Assembly (NCBI GenBank): GCA_002633005.1
Contig: NMRA01000010.1
Location: 67,765-131,764, forward strand
DNA length: 64,000 bases
Source of the DNA: Phoronis australis
Lineage: Eukaryota > Animalia > Phoronida
Direction of reading: 5' to 3'
Shown here: in pieces, positions 24,801 to 36,800 of the stretch
Layout of the letters: each line of letters starts with the position of its first letter
Position numbering within the stretch: the stretch's first letter is position 1
The notes under the pieces: generated by a model
What the model was told of the DNA's origin: nothing
The model's database searches: none
Seen by the model: only the letters and a program-made list of their open reading frames with translations
Program-made: the position numbers and the translations under genes

Positions 24801-27800
24801 TCTTGAACAAATGATTTACCTATTCGTAAATTATTGGAACCTTTTAGGAAATCTTCAATTAAATGAAACCATGAAGATACGGTAATGAAAGTGTGTAAAA
24901 CTAAATGTAACCCTGATGTCTCTATTCGAGGCACAGACAGTCACGTGTACATGTAGATGGGGTTTGTGGAATTTCTTTTTGTCTGAAACAGGCAGTGAAG
25001 TGTTTGAAGAAGATCAATCAAGAATTCAGAGCACTACCTTTGGAACAACAGAGGAAGATAGCAGAATGCTCCTTTTACGACAAGTAAGCGCAGTTACGGT
25101 TTTCGTAAGGGGTGTTAAAAATTGACAAAAGCTGTATGGGGGCTTCGTCCCCATCTACTCATAATGGTAATCCGGGGGCGTCGGAAGCAATTTCACAATG
25201 GTTCGGCAAATGGCCGACTTTTCGACAATGGGTACGGTACGGGAGGGGCACCCCTCCCCGTAGGGAGGTCTGGGGTCTCCTCCATACAAAGTTTAGGATT
25301 CAAGTTTCATTTAGTGTATTATAGAGGCGTCAAATGGAAAATATTGGTCCGGTGACCGCTGTTCCAGGGCCCATGCAATCTCAAAACTGCACATTTCCAG
25401 TTTTCTGTAGATGTACGGAAAAGTAGAATCAAAACAAGACAACTTACATATTTGACCTTTTCTAGTACAAAATGCGTCTACTATACGGTACATAATACTA
25501 CAGGGATTGTGTTTCTATGCATTTAACCTCAGTGACATTTTATACGCGCTGAAACTCAAGCAAGATGTTTCTGGTATACTAGTTCTGGTCGCAAGATTGT
25601 AAGTTGAGTTTGGTGTGTACAAGGCATGCACGGCGCAGCACTGAAATAAGTGGGGGCTATACTAACCCAGCCCCCTATGGTGACCGCCTTTACCATGGGC
25701 GATGCAACCGACTGAAATAAATGTGGGGGCAAAAGCTCCCAATGGTGCGACGCCCATTGGGGCTGGGGGCTATAGCCCCCACAGCTGCGCCGCCCATGAA
25801 AGGACTTTAAGATCTAACATACCAAAACAACAGTTATGACACTTATAAAACAAATAATTAGTAACGCGTATTAGTTTCTGTTAAGTAAATGTGTATTACT
25901 GTGTTAGTGCCTTTCCTGGCAGGTTCCTTCAGCAGCGCGTCATACTCCGAGGTGGTTTGCCACCAGATGGCATTTACTTCGTGTTGTCAGGGTCGGGTAA
26001 GTATACACTCTTTCACGCAGAATGGTGAATGTTCGCCAAGACCCTTTTGTCCACCTGATTGCACATGCATGCTGTCGCCCCCAGTGGAGGTAATGAGAAC
26101 TCGTAAACCGAGTAAACCACTGATTAAGCCTATTGCGGACGTGCATCAGACGCCGGAGTCACAGATAGATTTGGATAATTCTATGTATCCTTAAAATCTA
26201 AGAATTAAGAATGTATCTGTTGTATGTTACATAGGCCTTGTGAATTCCGAGGTTGCGGCGTGATAAATAATTTTGCTCAGTTGAGTGTCTGAATTGAGTC
26301 CTGCGACCGCGGGTACTGCGAATGGCCCCTTTACTTAAGTATGCAGAGGTTGTGTTTACGTTTCAGCTTCTCATGATTTACGGCAGTGATAAGACGTCTG
26401 CTATCTGTGAGTGGAATGTGGCCGAGCATTCGGGCATGTTGTTTTTAATTAAAATTTTGAGAGTTATGTCGACTAAAATGGTATGTTTTTGTTCAAAGTC
26501 GAGTCACAGGTTTGCCTAAATATCCGTAAACAGTCCTATTCAAGAACAGCACTGTCCGTGGCCTGGCATACAAACAAATATATCGGCAGGGTATCTTTGA
26601 TACATATGATGTCATCACCCTGAGTCGAGTTACCAGTTTGTAAACAGACTGCAGACTCTACCGTAAGGGCAGGCTACCAGTACGAAGTCTCCTAACCTAA
26701 CTGGGGGGAGGGGGAGGGGGGTGGCAGCATGAGTGTGACGTCAGGTGGGCAAAAGGGTCTTGGCCAACATTCACCATTCTACCTCTTCCCAGTGCTTTTC
26801 AGTATAAGTGGCAATTTGTCAGAGGGTAAGGTACGTACAGCATTGTCTGGAATGAGTTCCTAATAGGGACAAGCCGATTCCAATATATTCTTGATTCGCC
26901 TTAAAAATAACCTAAAGTAACAAATCAAGGAAGGCTGGCCCTTCCAAAAAGATGCTAACAATAGTCACCTTCACAGTTTTATCGACTGATGGCTTACTCT
27001 TCATACTACGGTGACTGTAGCCCCAAAGGTCGTGCCTAACACCAGATAAATGAAAATTTTACAACAGCGTTTTGCCGGCGCAGAATTTAGCCAGCTTGTT
27101 TATAAAATAGCGAAACCTCCGACAGTAAATTGGAACTTATTCTTTACATTAGGGGCGTTGCATAACAAGATCTCTTATGATTTCAATGCAGAGTTCACTC
27201 TCAATTTGTATCAAAGCAAAAACTCAAAACAGTTAGGGAACTTAGTTGAGTGCCTATTTGAGATGTTTATTTGTTGGGTTATACAAATCTGATTTCAGAA
27301 AGACAACGTATTCACCTTTATGAAATGAAAATGATCGACATGTTTATTATTTTATTCCTTTCATTCTTAGTGCTTGGTATTTTACGGTTATTTGAAAACA
27401 AATGCGGAGTATTAAGAACGCGAATGACATAAAGAGGCAGGAAAGACTTTGGGAGTGGGTGATGTGTTGGTGGTACAGTGGTAAAGTATTGATTTTCGAA
27501 CAAGAAAATCGCGGAATTGAATAACGATGTGATCAGCATTATTTCAATGGCATTACCATAACAGCGGTCAATGAAAGTATGAGCGGTTAGTAGGGAGGAT
27601 CATTGACTCCAAAACATGAATTCATAACTTCGTGATCTGTCCACGTCATATAATAAAGGCATGTATCTCCCAAACAATTTTAACACACGTGATTTTTCAC
27701 ATGTTGCAGTGGTGGAAAAAGGCACGAATATCAAAGATCCCCAAGAGTTTCGTGCCGGGGATAAGTTTGGTGAAGAAGACCTTACTTGCGGATGTTCGAG

Positions 27801-30800
27801 ACGTTCGACAATTGTCACCCAAACAACAACTGAGCTTCTGTATCTGCATAAAGAGGTAAGCAGCACGTACATGTAAGGATATCTTGGGTCTACATTTACA
27901 ATACCATTACAATGTATCTGTATAAAGAGGCAAGTAGCACGTAAGGATATCTTGGGTTTACATTTACAATACCATTACAATGTATCTGTATAAAGAGGTA
28001 AGTATCACGTAAGGATATCTTGGGTCTACATTTACAATACCATTACAATGTATCTGTATAAAGAGGTAAGTATCACGTAAGGATATCTTCGGTCTACATT
28101 TACAATACCATTACAATGTATCTGTATAAAGAGGCAAGTAGCACGTAAGGATATCTTAGGTCTACATTTACAATACCATTACAACACAGAATGAGTGGGT
28201 TTGTTCGATTGTTCTGAATTCCCTTCTGAATCAGTACTCTAATCCACAAAGAAAAACACAAAATGTTTGGTTTCGGTAATGGTTTATATGTCTAGGTAGA
28301 AAGACGTTAGCTATCGAAAATGCAAATGCTGATCAAGTATGTGGCCTGCTAAAACATAGCCTTCTCGTAGTACTGTGCCTCTTGAAGGCATATATTTGTC
28401 CTACAATGTAGAAAGTAGCCCTACGTGGAAAGCCACATTGTAAACTAAGTACTTTTAGCTCGAACGCTTATGTGTGTGGACGGCATCGCCACCGCAGGGT
28501 GAAGTAAGGGTTTTACCAGTGATTTATTGATGCCAAAGTCTGTGCCGTCTGGTGACAGTATGTGTCGGTGACCAAATTGAAAAAGCATATTCCTTTGAAT
28601 ATATTTCAGTTGGCCTGCCAGTTGTACACCTGCCATTTATTTACCTGCGGGACTTAATATTGCATTTTTTGTGTATCGCTTTAGGACTACATGGAAATCT
28701 TCAATATGGCAGTAGATTCCACAGATCCTAAGAATCTGGACATCTGCAAGTGCGTATTTCTTTCTTATGTTATTTATAATTTGCTGCTTGAATAATGTAC
28801 TCACTGTTTGCATTTTAAGGCACAATTAACGTTCCAATTTAGCCCTTCGCTGCACAGATAGCCAAAAAGAGGCCCTGAAAGTGCAAAGCATTAAGTACAA
28901 AGCTAACGCGTGCTTTCATATCTTGACTTTTTTCGTGGATTGTGGACTCTTCTCTGCGAGCCCTCTATGCCATATACCTAATACTGTACCAGGATTAATT
29001 ACAAAACGTGCCTTTATTATCTATTCTGCGGATTTTAGGAAGGACATCGTGTTTTCCCATTACCCCATGCAAAAGTTGATCGATAACCCAAGTACGTGGA
29101 GTGTCCTACGTTATAAGTTCGGCCGACTCATCGTGAAGGACAGTAACAACATGGAGTTCATTTACGTCATCAAGTCGGTTGGTATAAAGTTGTGTTCTGT
29201 CAGGGTACATGTACCTTTATTACGCCAAACACTTTACTTAAATAGCACATTTCTTACTGTTACGTTGTCCAAAAACACAAACTTGCGTGCCTAGCCTCAG
29301 AATTATGGAGCCCTCTTAGCCTTGTTTTGAGACGACATAGTTGGTCCCGTTCCTCACTTCGTGGCATCTCAGTTGGATGAATTGTATGCGTTGGCGGTAG
29401 AGAGTATTTCGTGACTTAACGCGCTGAGTGTGGAGGAAGTGCAGTGTTAAATGTTGTGTGAAATCCTAAATTCTACTGAATCGATGGTTCTTGCTCTTTA
29501 AGTCTAATTGGTCGATAACCACGTCGAGTACAAACACCTTACATTTCAAAGTGTGATTTTTTTATATTCTCATCCACGTGGTCCACTAATGCAGGTACGA
29601 GTACGAATCCTTAGCTACCAATGATTAAATTTATTGTCTGATCACTTCTTTGTTGTATTACCAGGGCGAAGCACGAGTTATAAAGCACCTGCACGCGGGA
29701 ACTGTGGACGTCAAAGCGAGACGGAAGAAAATTCAAGCAATGATGGACGCTGAGGACGCTTATCACCAAACAAGAAAACTGCTCGACTTTGTTTCCGAAA
29801 GATCACATGGTACTTTCCTTGCTTTAAGCAATGGTTTCCTAAGTACATGTATTTACAGAAACAGTGTTAAAACACTTAGTGCACCTAACTTATGGCAAAT
29901 TCACTTTGAGTTAACATCTGTGCGTCGTTGAATTTCATGCAGAACGCACGCGCTACAATACGGCATAAAATCGACACCTTTGCGCAATTAAGGAGAATGA
30001 CACCCAAAAAACAACCTATTTTGTATCAACTTAGATAGAGTAGTTCTACGCGATAACGGCACATTCGGTTTCGTTACCTGACACCTGACGGCAGACGGAG
30101 GTATTGAAATTATCCAATGACGTAATTGGTTTCATACGCAATCTGTTCAGCAGTTCACAACACGCTCGCATCGTTTAACACCAATAAATCATCAAACTTC
30201 GATGTAAAACACTTAAAAATACACCGAGGTTTATAAAAACGTGTTGTTTTATTTCGCTGTTACGGATTTACTGGTATTTGGACACAAGTAGCCTAGGGCA
30301 GGCCAATTTACCAAGGGTAATGCCGTAGCAGGAGTTTGGGGTCTGTTCGGAGATAAATTCGAAGTATTCTTCCGTGAAATACAGACAGGAGAACCTAGAT
30401 CTGTGTTGCTTATACTTGTGAATTTTTGAGTTCTAAACACACAAAACGCTTGTTATCCCGGCCAGTGGCTCGGAACCCGATCAGACCCGTCGCGGCCGGA
30501 CTGACTCGTTATCCCAGCCAGTGACTTGAAATCCAATTAGGCCCGTCGCGGCCGCAGGGACTGGCACGAATATAAACCAGCTCGAGTTGGAAAGTAAACC
30601 TCCAGTCACAAAAAAGACTATAATAGTGAGCCAAAGAAATAATGTGCACGTAATTATTTATGTGAATTAGCCACAAAACTGAAAATCTACTTACTTGTCG
30701 GGACTGCGAAGTTCCCCTTCCACAGACCGTCAGGGCAAAGGTTGTACAGTAACAATGATTTGAATAATTTAGCTGTATTTCTAAATAAAGATTCCCCTAA

Positions 30801-33800
30801 CATGTGACCATAGCATATAAAATCGAGTAACTGGTGCCCGGTCAATTACCTTTGTTGCTGGCATCAATAGCCGGTAACGCAGTGGTTTATTCATAGCTGG
30901 CTTCTCAAAACATTTGCACTCACGAGCACTCCAGTGCATTACAAGTTGTATCTAATGAGACAGACTTTGTTTCAGTTTCAAAGTATAAGCATTGGTTAGG
31001 ATGAGAATAATTCATTTTGAAACAGAACGCAGACTAATAAACGTCTACATAGCAACTCGCTTGGCGCCAATCCCGACTTAGTCAAGAGCTCATCCGAGGA
31101 AGACTTCACCGTCGGATCGTTAGGTTTCATAGGCTATCAGTTCGAACCGGGATACACTGATCAAGAAATACTAGAGAGGCGCCGTGAACATGCATAGGCA
31201 AGGGAAGGTATGGATAGTTCTTTGGTAAGTAGGAATTCGCCAGAGAAAACACTGTCGACGAAATGCCGGCCTCAGACACGGAGATGTTTCACGGCCACAC
31301 ACTTGCTATATACCTTTCATTCTTCACTACGGCGAGCCACTTCCTAAGCATTTCAGGCTCTCGATGAATTCGAAAAAACGATATACCCGCTTTCTTCACA
31401 GCTTCATAGTTCGGACAAGCGGGAACCGATGCACCGCAAAATAGCGGCATTCACTCTGCAGACGAACCACTGACGTCGCTGCGTCGCTTCTCACCTTCCT
31501 CACAGGTTAACGCGACACCTCTCGGCAAGGTGAGGTCGACCGTATAAGAGGCGATGTGGATATAGACCGATTAAGACGGTAAAAAAGACTAATTAAATGG
31601 AGTGGCATGCTCCTTTAAGCACACAGCCGACTCGCGCAGAAGCGACAAGATGGCGGTGGTGTGTAATCTGCTCAACCTCGTCCCCAAGCCCCAAGATGGG
31701 GATGATCGGTTTAGCCATTTGAGGCTTGGTTATAGGAATTACCTTCCGCGCTATGATTTCCCGCTGCCTTGGCGTCGGATTTTAATTATTTTCACTGGCG
31801 TTGTTGCTGCGTTTTATTAAGCAGAGGGCATGGTTTTGGATATTGTTTGAACATAGCGGTGGTTCGCGTACTTATTGTCAATTCTTTTTTATTAATAGTA
31901 TCATAGAAATTAATACTTTTTGGAATCAAAAAACATCATTTTTGCAATTATTGCAGCAATATTTCGTTAGTTTTCATTTTTTATAGAAAAACTGCGGAAA
32001 ATTAAAAAAAAATATGTTACTCGTGATATTCCGGCCACTTCCGTAAAAATGTGTTAGAATTCTGACACATTTCATTTCCCATAACCGAGCCTCAAATGGC
32101 TTAACCGATCAGCGTAATCTTGAGGTCGAGGCTATGATCTTTCAAGTATCAGCCGGTGATGACCTGCGATAATTTCGGAAAATCAAGGCTTGCCACTTTA
32201 AAATATGTTATCGATCGGAAAGAGACGACACCTTTCGATTTCGCCAGTTGGAATTGCATTACTGCCCGCACTCTCACAATGAATGGCCAAACCGATTTTG
32301 GTCAAAAGAACGTATTTTTAGTCCTCCAACCAGGTCAGCTTATTGACCAATTGTTTGCATAAGTTAGTCGGTCGTCCAGTACATGCTAAATGTTTGCTTG
32401 ATTTCTGTGTGTGCCAATTTGATCTTGCCCACACACCATGTATACTTGCAAGTAGTTTATCCCGTTCATTCCACCATCTTTTTGATCACATCACGTGACC
32501 TAATGAATATAAGTCCGCAAAAATTTCTGCCCCCGACCGGGACTCGAATCCAGGACCTTTTGCAAACCGTGCAGACGCTCTAGCCACTGAGTCATCGAAA
32601 CCACAGGTCAGACACAGAAAACCAATCGGACTTAGTAGGGGGCATATTGTCCATGATCTCCATTGGGTATGTAAATACGTACATGTATACTTGAAACTGA
32701 ACCGTTTAATACTTTACATTTAAAACTTTGTATTTGTGTTTTTCAGTTCAGTCACATTATCGACCCAATTACTATCATCCTCGCGTGGGATTAAAGAGTG
32801 CTCCTGCAAGACTGACCAATCGGGAAGCAAAGTACTCTTACAATCGTTCCCGGATGTTATCTCAGCAAGCAGTTGCAGATGTTAACAACAATAATGATGG
32901 TGAAAAGGAAGCAGACGACAATGATAGAGCGAAATTAGTAAACGGGAGGACATTGTTTCCCAGGATGACCAGGGCTAACTCATTTGCTGAATTTGGAGAG
33001 AACGATCCCGAAAAGTTGAGCAAGAGTGATGTAAAATGGGAAGTGAGAACAAAAGACGACACTGACGTTGATGCTAAAAGCGAACGCAGTATAAAAATAG
33101 AACGCGGGTGTTTGAGTCATATTCAAGAAGCTGAGGAAGTACGAGTTTTGAGCTCGCGATCGAACAAGTCTACGAGGTCTGAAAAACTTCCCAGTTTGAG
33201 TACCAACGATAAAGCAGGAGTATTGCTGCAACTAAACGCCAAGCCTAAGAAGAAGTCCTCCAATGTAGGATCTTTTCACAAAAAGGATCCGGGGCAACCA
33301 AGGAACCGTGTAGTATTTCGCAGACGGATTTCTAGCGAGAAAAGTTTTGAGGAGGACTGCATCTATTATGGGAAAGATAGTAGTGGTAGTCAAATTCCAC
33401 CATTTGTACAACTGGAATCTCTACACGCGGGAAGGGTGTTTGTAAGTATTGTGGCCTATGTGGATACGTGCATTAGTCTCTTTCCTTTACCACAAGGTGT
33501 GGGGGCACTCTGCCTCAAGAACAGTCATGAAGTAACCATTAAGTCAACTTTTAAGAGGAAAATCAACTTTTTTGGCGTTATTGTTACAAAAAAAATCTAA
33601 ACCAGCTATTCTCTAGGGCACATTTCAGGATCGAGTGTTGTTCCAGCCCGTTAACAATTAGTTTCTTGAGTTTCTCGTTTCTGCATCCAGTTTCGTTCAG
33701 CAAATACACTGATCTGTGATCACTAACTTGAACAGAAAACGAATCACGCCGATCTCATGAAACCTGATTCAAAGTGTGCCACGTGATTGGTTCTTTTTAG

Positions 33801-36800
33801 ACAAGTCTCGGGACAATAACAACACGAGGTTAAAGTTGCTCCAGCAGTTTCCTATGCGCTGCTTACATGCGGTTTGAGACGGTCTATACATCACATAAAA
33901 ATCACGAATATAACTATTGCTCAACATGATAAACCATTGATTTAAATCCGTTGCCAGGGTCTGCGATCGTGTTTGCCTGTCGAGGAGAGGGGTCCCATGG
34001 CGAGTCTGGTAAGCGCGGGCTGTGAAATACTGCAGATTAACAAGAACTTCTTCTGTCGCCATCTGGATGAGAATTTGACAAACCTAATTAAGTTCAAGGT
34101 AAGCTGTATAACTGCAACCAAATCTAATCATCAAATCTCTGTAACATCTCAACCACAAATATGTTATAACTACAGTTTTCAAAGTTAACTGGACAACATC
34201 AGTGCTGTAGTGGTAAAGTTAGAGGCAATTAGGCGCCCAAAGCCCACCGTATCACCTTGGGCACTGTACGTAACTTACTGTGCGTAGGCGCTACGTTCAA
34301 ATGCCACAAGGTGGTTGGCTGCGCCTACGTGCGCCTACACCCCACTACAGCAGTGGACAACATTAAATTTCGACAAAGATTCAGCGCATAAAAGCAAGAC
34401 TAAACATTTATTGTTTTCAATTACAATGCGTTTCAATTCTGACTAAATCGCGACAAAACCTCCACAAGTGTTGCTCCATCCTCAGGTCCGTAAGAAGGAA
34501 AAAAAATATTGGGGGTGGGGGGTGGGGGGATCACAAACCAATTTGACTTTGCCAACCTACGACCTTTGCTATCACCACCTCCTCCCCACGTCCGCCATAG
34601 GTTAAGGTGAAACCAGGGATGCAGCTATCAGAATTTGAGTGACCGTGAACTAACAAAATTTCACCGAGAGTACGAAGGGGTGTAGGGCCAGCGCACTGGC
34701 GGGTAGCTGGGAGCTGCCTGAAGTAACTACAGCTGTGTTCAAACAGTACATATTCCTCTGCTCTGGGTTGAAGGCCAAGGTTTGTTTTATTATGAACCAA
34801 TTTCGGGGAAAACTTCATTTTATTATGGCCATTCTTTAAAGCAATTTTTTTGGAAAAGTGAGGTCCCTAGGTGCCTGGCTTTTTTGGCCGTTTCAGAATC
34901 CCGGTAGTCCAGTTTCTGGTTGCTGGGGGAAATGATAGAGTGTGTTCCAAAAATGTATACACTGCACCATCTGGAGTTCAAGTTCAGTTCCCGTGGGTAA
35001 CTGAGCTCTGCTACGCAGGCCTACTGCATGGTTACACCTTATTTTTAATCATGACGTGCTCCGTGACTGCGCGCATTCAGGGGGGGGGGGTGGTCTTAGG
35101 GGGCTCGAAGGAACCCCCCCATTTAAGAACGTGGGCAAAAAGGTTCGCTTCAAAGCAACAATTTGTCCGAGAAAAATGAGACAAGAGTTCACTAAAAAGG
35201 CAGGAGTTCGGCATATACTCAGTTCATTCCCTGAACGAACCCCGTATTCCGTTTTTTTTTCTTCAGTTAAAGGTCCACATTCTCAAAAATTCAAGCGCCC
35301 CCTAGATTTTAGGCTGGGTGCGTGCATGCTCTGTGTGTAGTATGCACGGGAAATGCAAGCAAACGATTCAGTTTTGAAGAACAAAAATTCATTGCACAAT
35401 ACTACTGAAAACTAAAAATATCAAGGAAGTGCAAAGAGAACATTTCCAATTTGATGACCAATGAGTTAGATTTTATTTGTTTAAGTACTTAAACTTCTTT
35501 TTCGATCTATGGTTTGGAAACTTAATCCCAGTAGTCTAGTTCCTAAGCCAATGACCAATTTATTGTCATTTGAATTGTGAGAACATTTTGGGAGACACTT
35601 TGTAGATTTGCTTGAAAGTCATCATTTTCCTTGAGACTTATTTCAGATATACAAAAATCGTTTAGTGTACTTTTATATTTGGGGATCTGATTATAGATCG
35701 AATTTTCCCAATTTTGGCCTGCAACTAAGTTCCTTGAAACGTCGTCATTTCTTGCAAGATTAGCTTCTAATTGTCAAAAAATCATCTCTCAATCAGTCCA
35801 TTTTCATAAACATGTAAATCAGAAACCAACAATCAAATCCTTCAGAGCAATGCGTTTACCTTGATTTAATTACTTAATTCCTTTTTGATCCCCTGTTAGT
35901 GATTTTAAACAGAAAATCTTGTACCGAAGTCAAAAAGCAATACGTTTATTGTCATTTGAATTATGAGTAAATTTTTGGGAAGTGTCTAAATTTCATCAAT
36001 GTCTTTGAGAGTTGTTTTAGATAGGCAAAAAGCATCCAAGTGCACTTTCCTGTTTGGGGATCGGATTATAGAGTTTTTCCGTATTGAGGCTTCAACTAAA
36101 TTCCCTGATTCGTATTCATTTCTTAAAATGTTAGCGTGAAATTGCCAAAAATCCTTTATTAACCTGTCGGTTTTCACAGATATATAAACATGTAAATCAG
36201 AAACCATCGAACTTGTTGGTCAAAACGGAATGTTCTAAGCATTTTCCGCAGGCATACTCGCAGATTTTTGACGGGTAACCGGGGGAAATGGGAGATTGGG
36301 TATTCATATTAAGGTGTATTTTTGCTCATTTCCGAGGTACCTATAACGGTTCACGAGTTGAACTTGACCAAAAAAAAGCTGAAATATTTTGGTTTATTAT
36401 TGCCAGTATTATTTTGAGTGCACTCGTTCGATATGTACACGGTCACCCCAATGGTAGCCTCGACAGCAATGTTTTCCACATGAGGGAATTCCTTACAAAC
36501 AACTCGTAGCAACCATTTTCAAAAGAGGTACTATTCTTGTGATACTGTGGGAAACGGTAACAATATTCTATAGCTAACCATCGAAAACAGTCCTTTAGTG
36601 TAATTAACAAATAGCGGTCTTCACGTTCTTCAAAATTCCACCTTTTCGATGGCGGTCAATCCTATTGTATTTTTCATATTTTTGGTTGTTTAAGTCGAAT
36701 GTCTTGATACTACTGTGCTGTGCACGACTATTTTGCGTTTTCTTATGAGTTTGGAATCTCAACTTCCCTCGTGAATACTTGGGAGTGTCGGATTTATATG

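Noticed and set aside
32528-32602. Functional tRNA gene
   Set aside because: The acceptor stem and anticodon arm are irregular; it fits a SINE head or pseudogene better.
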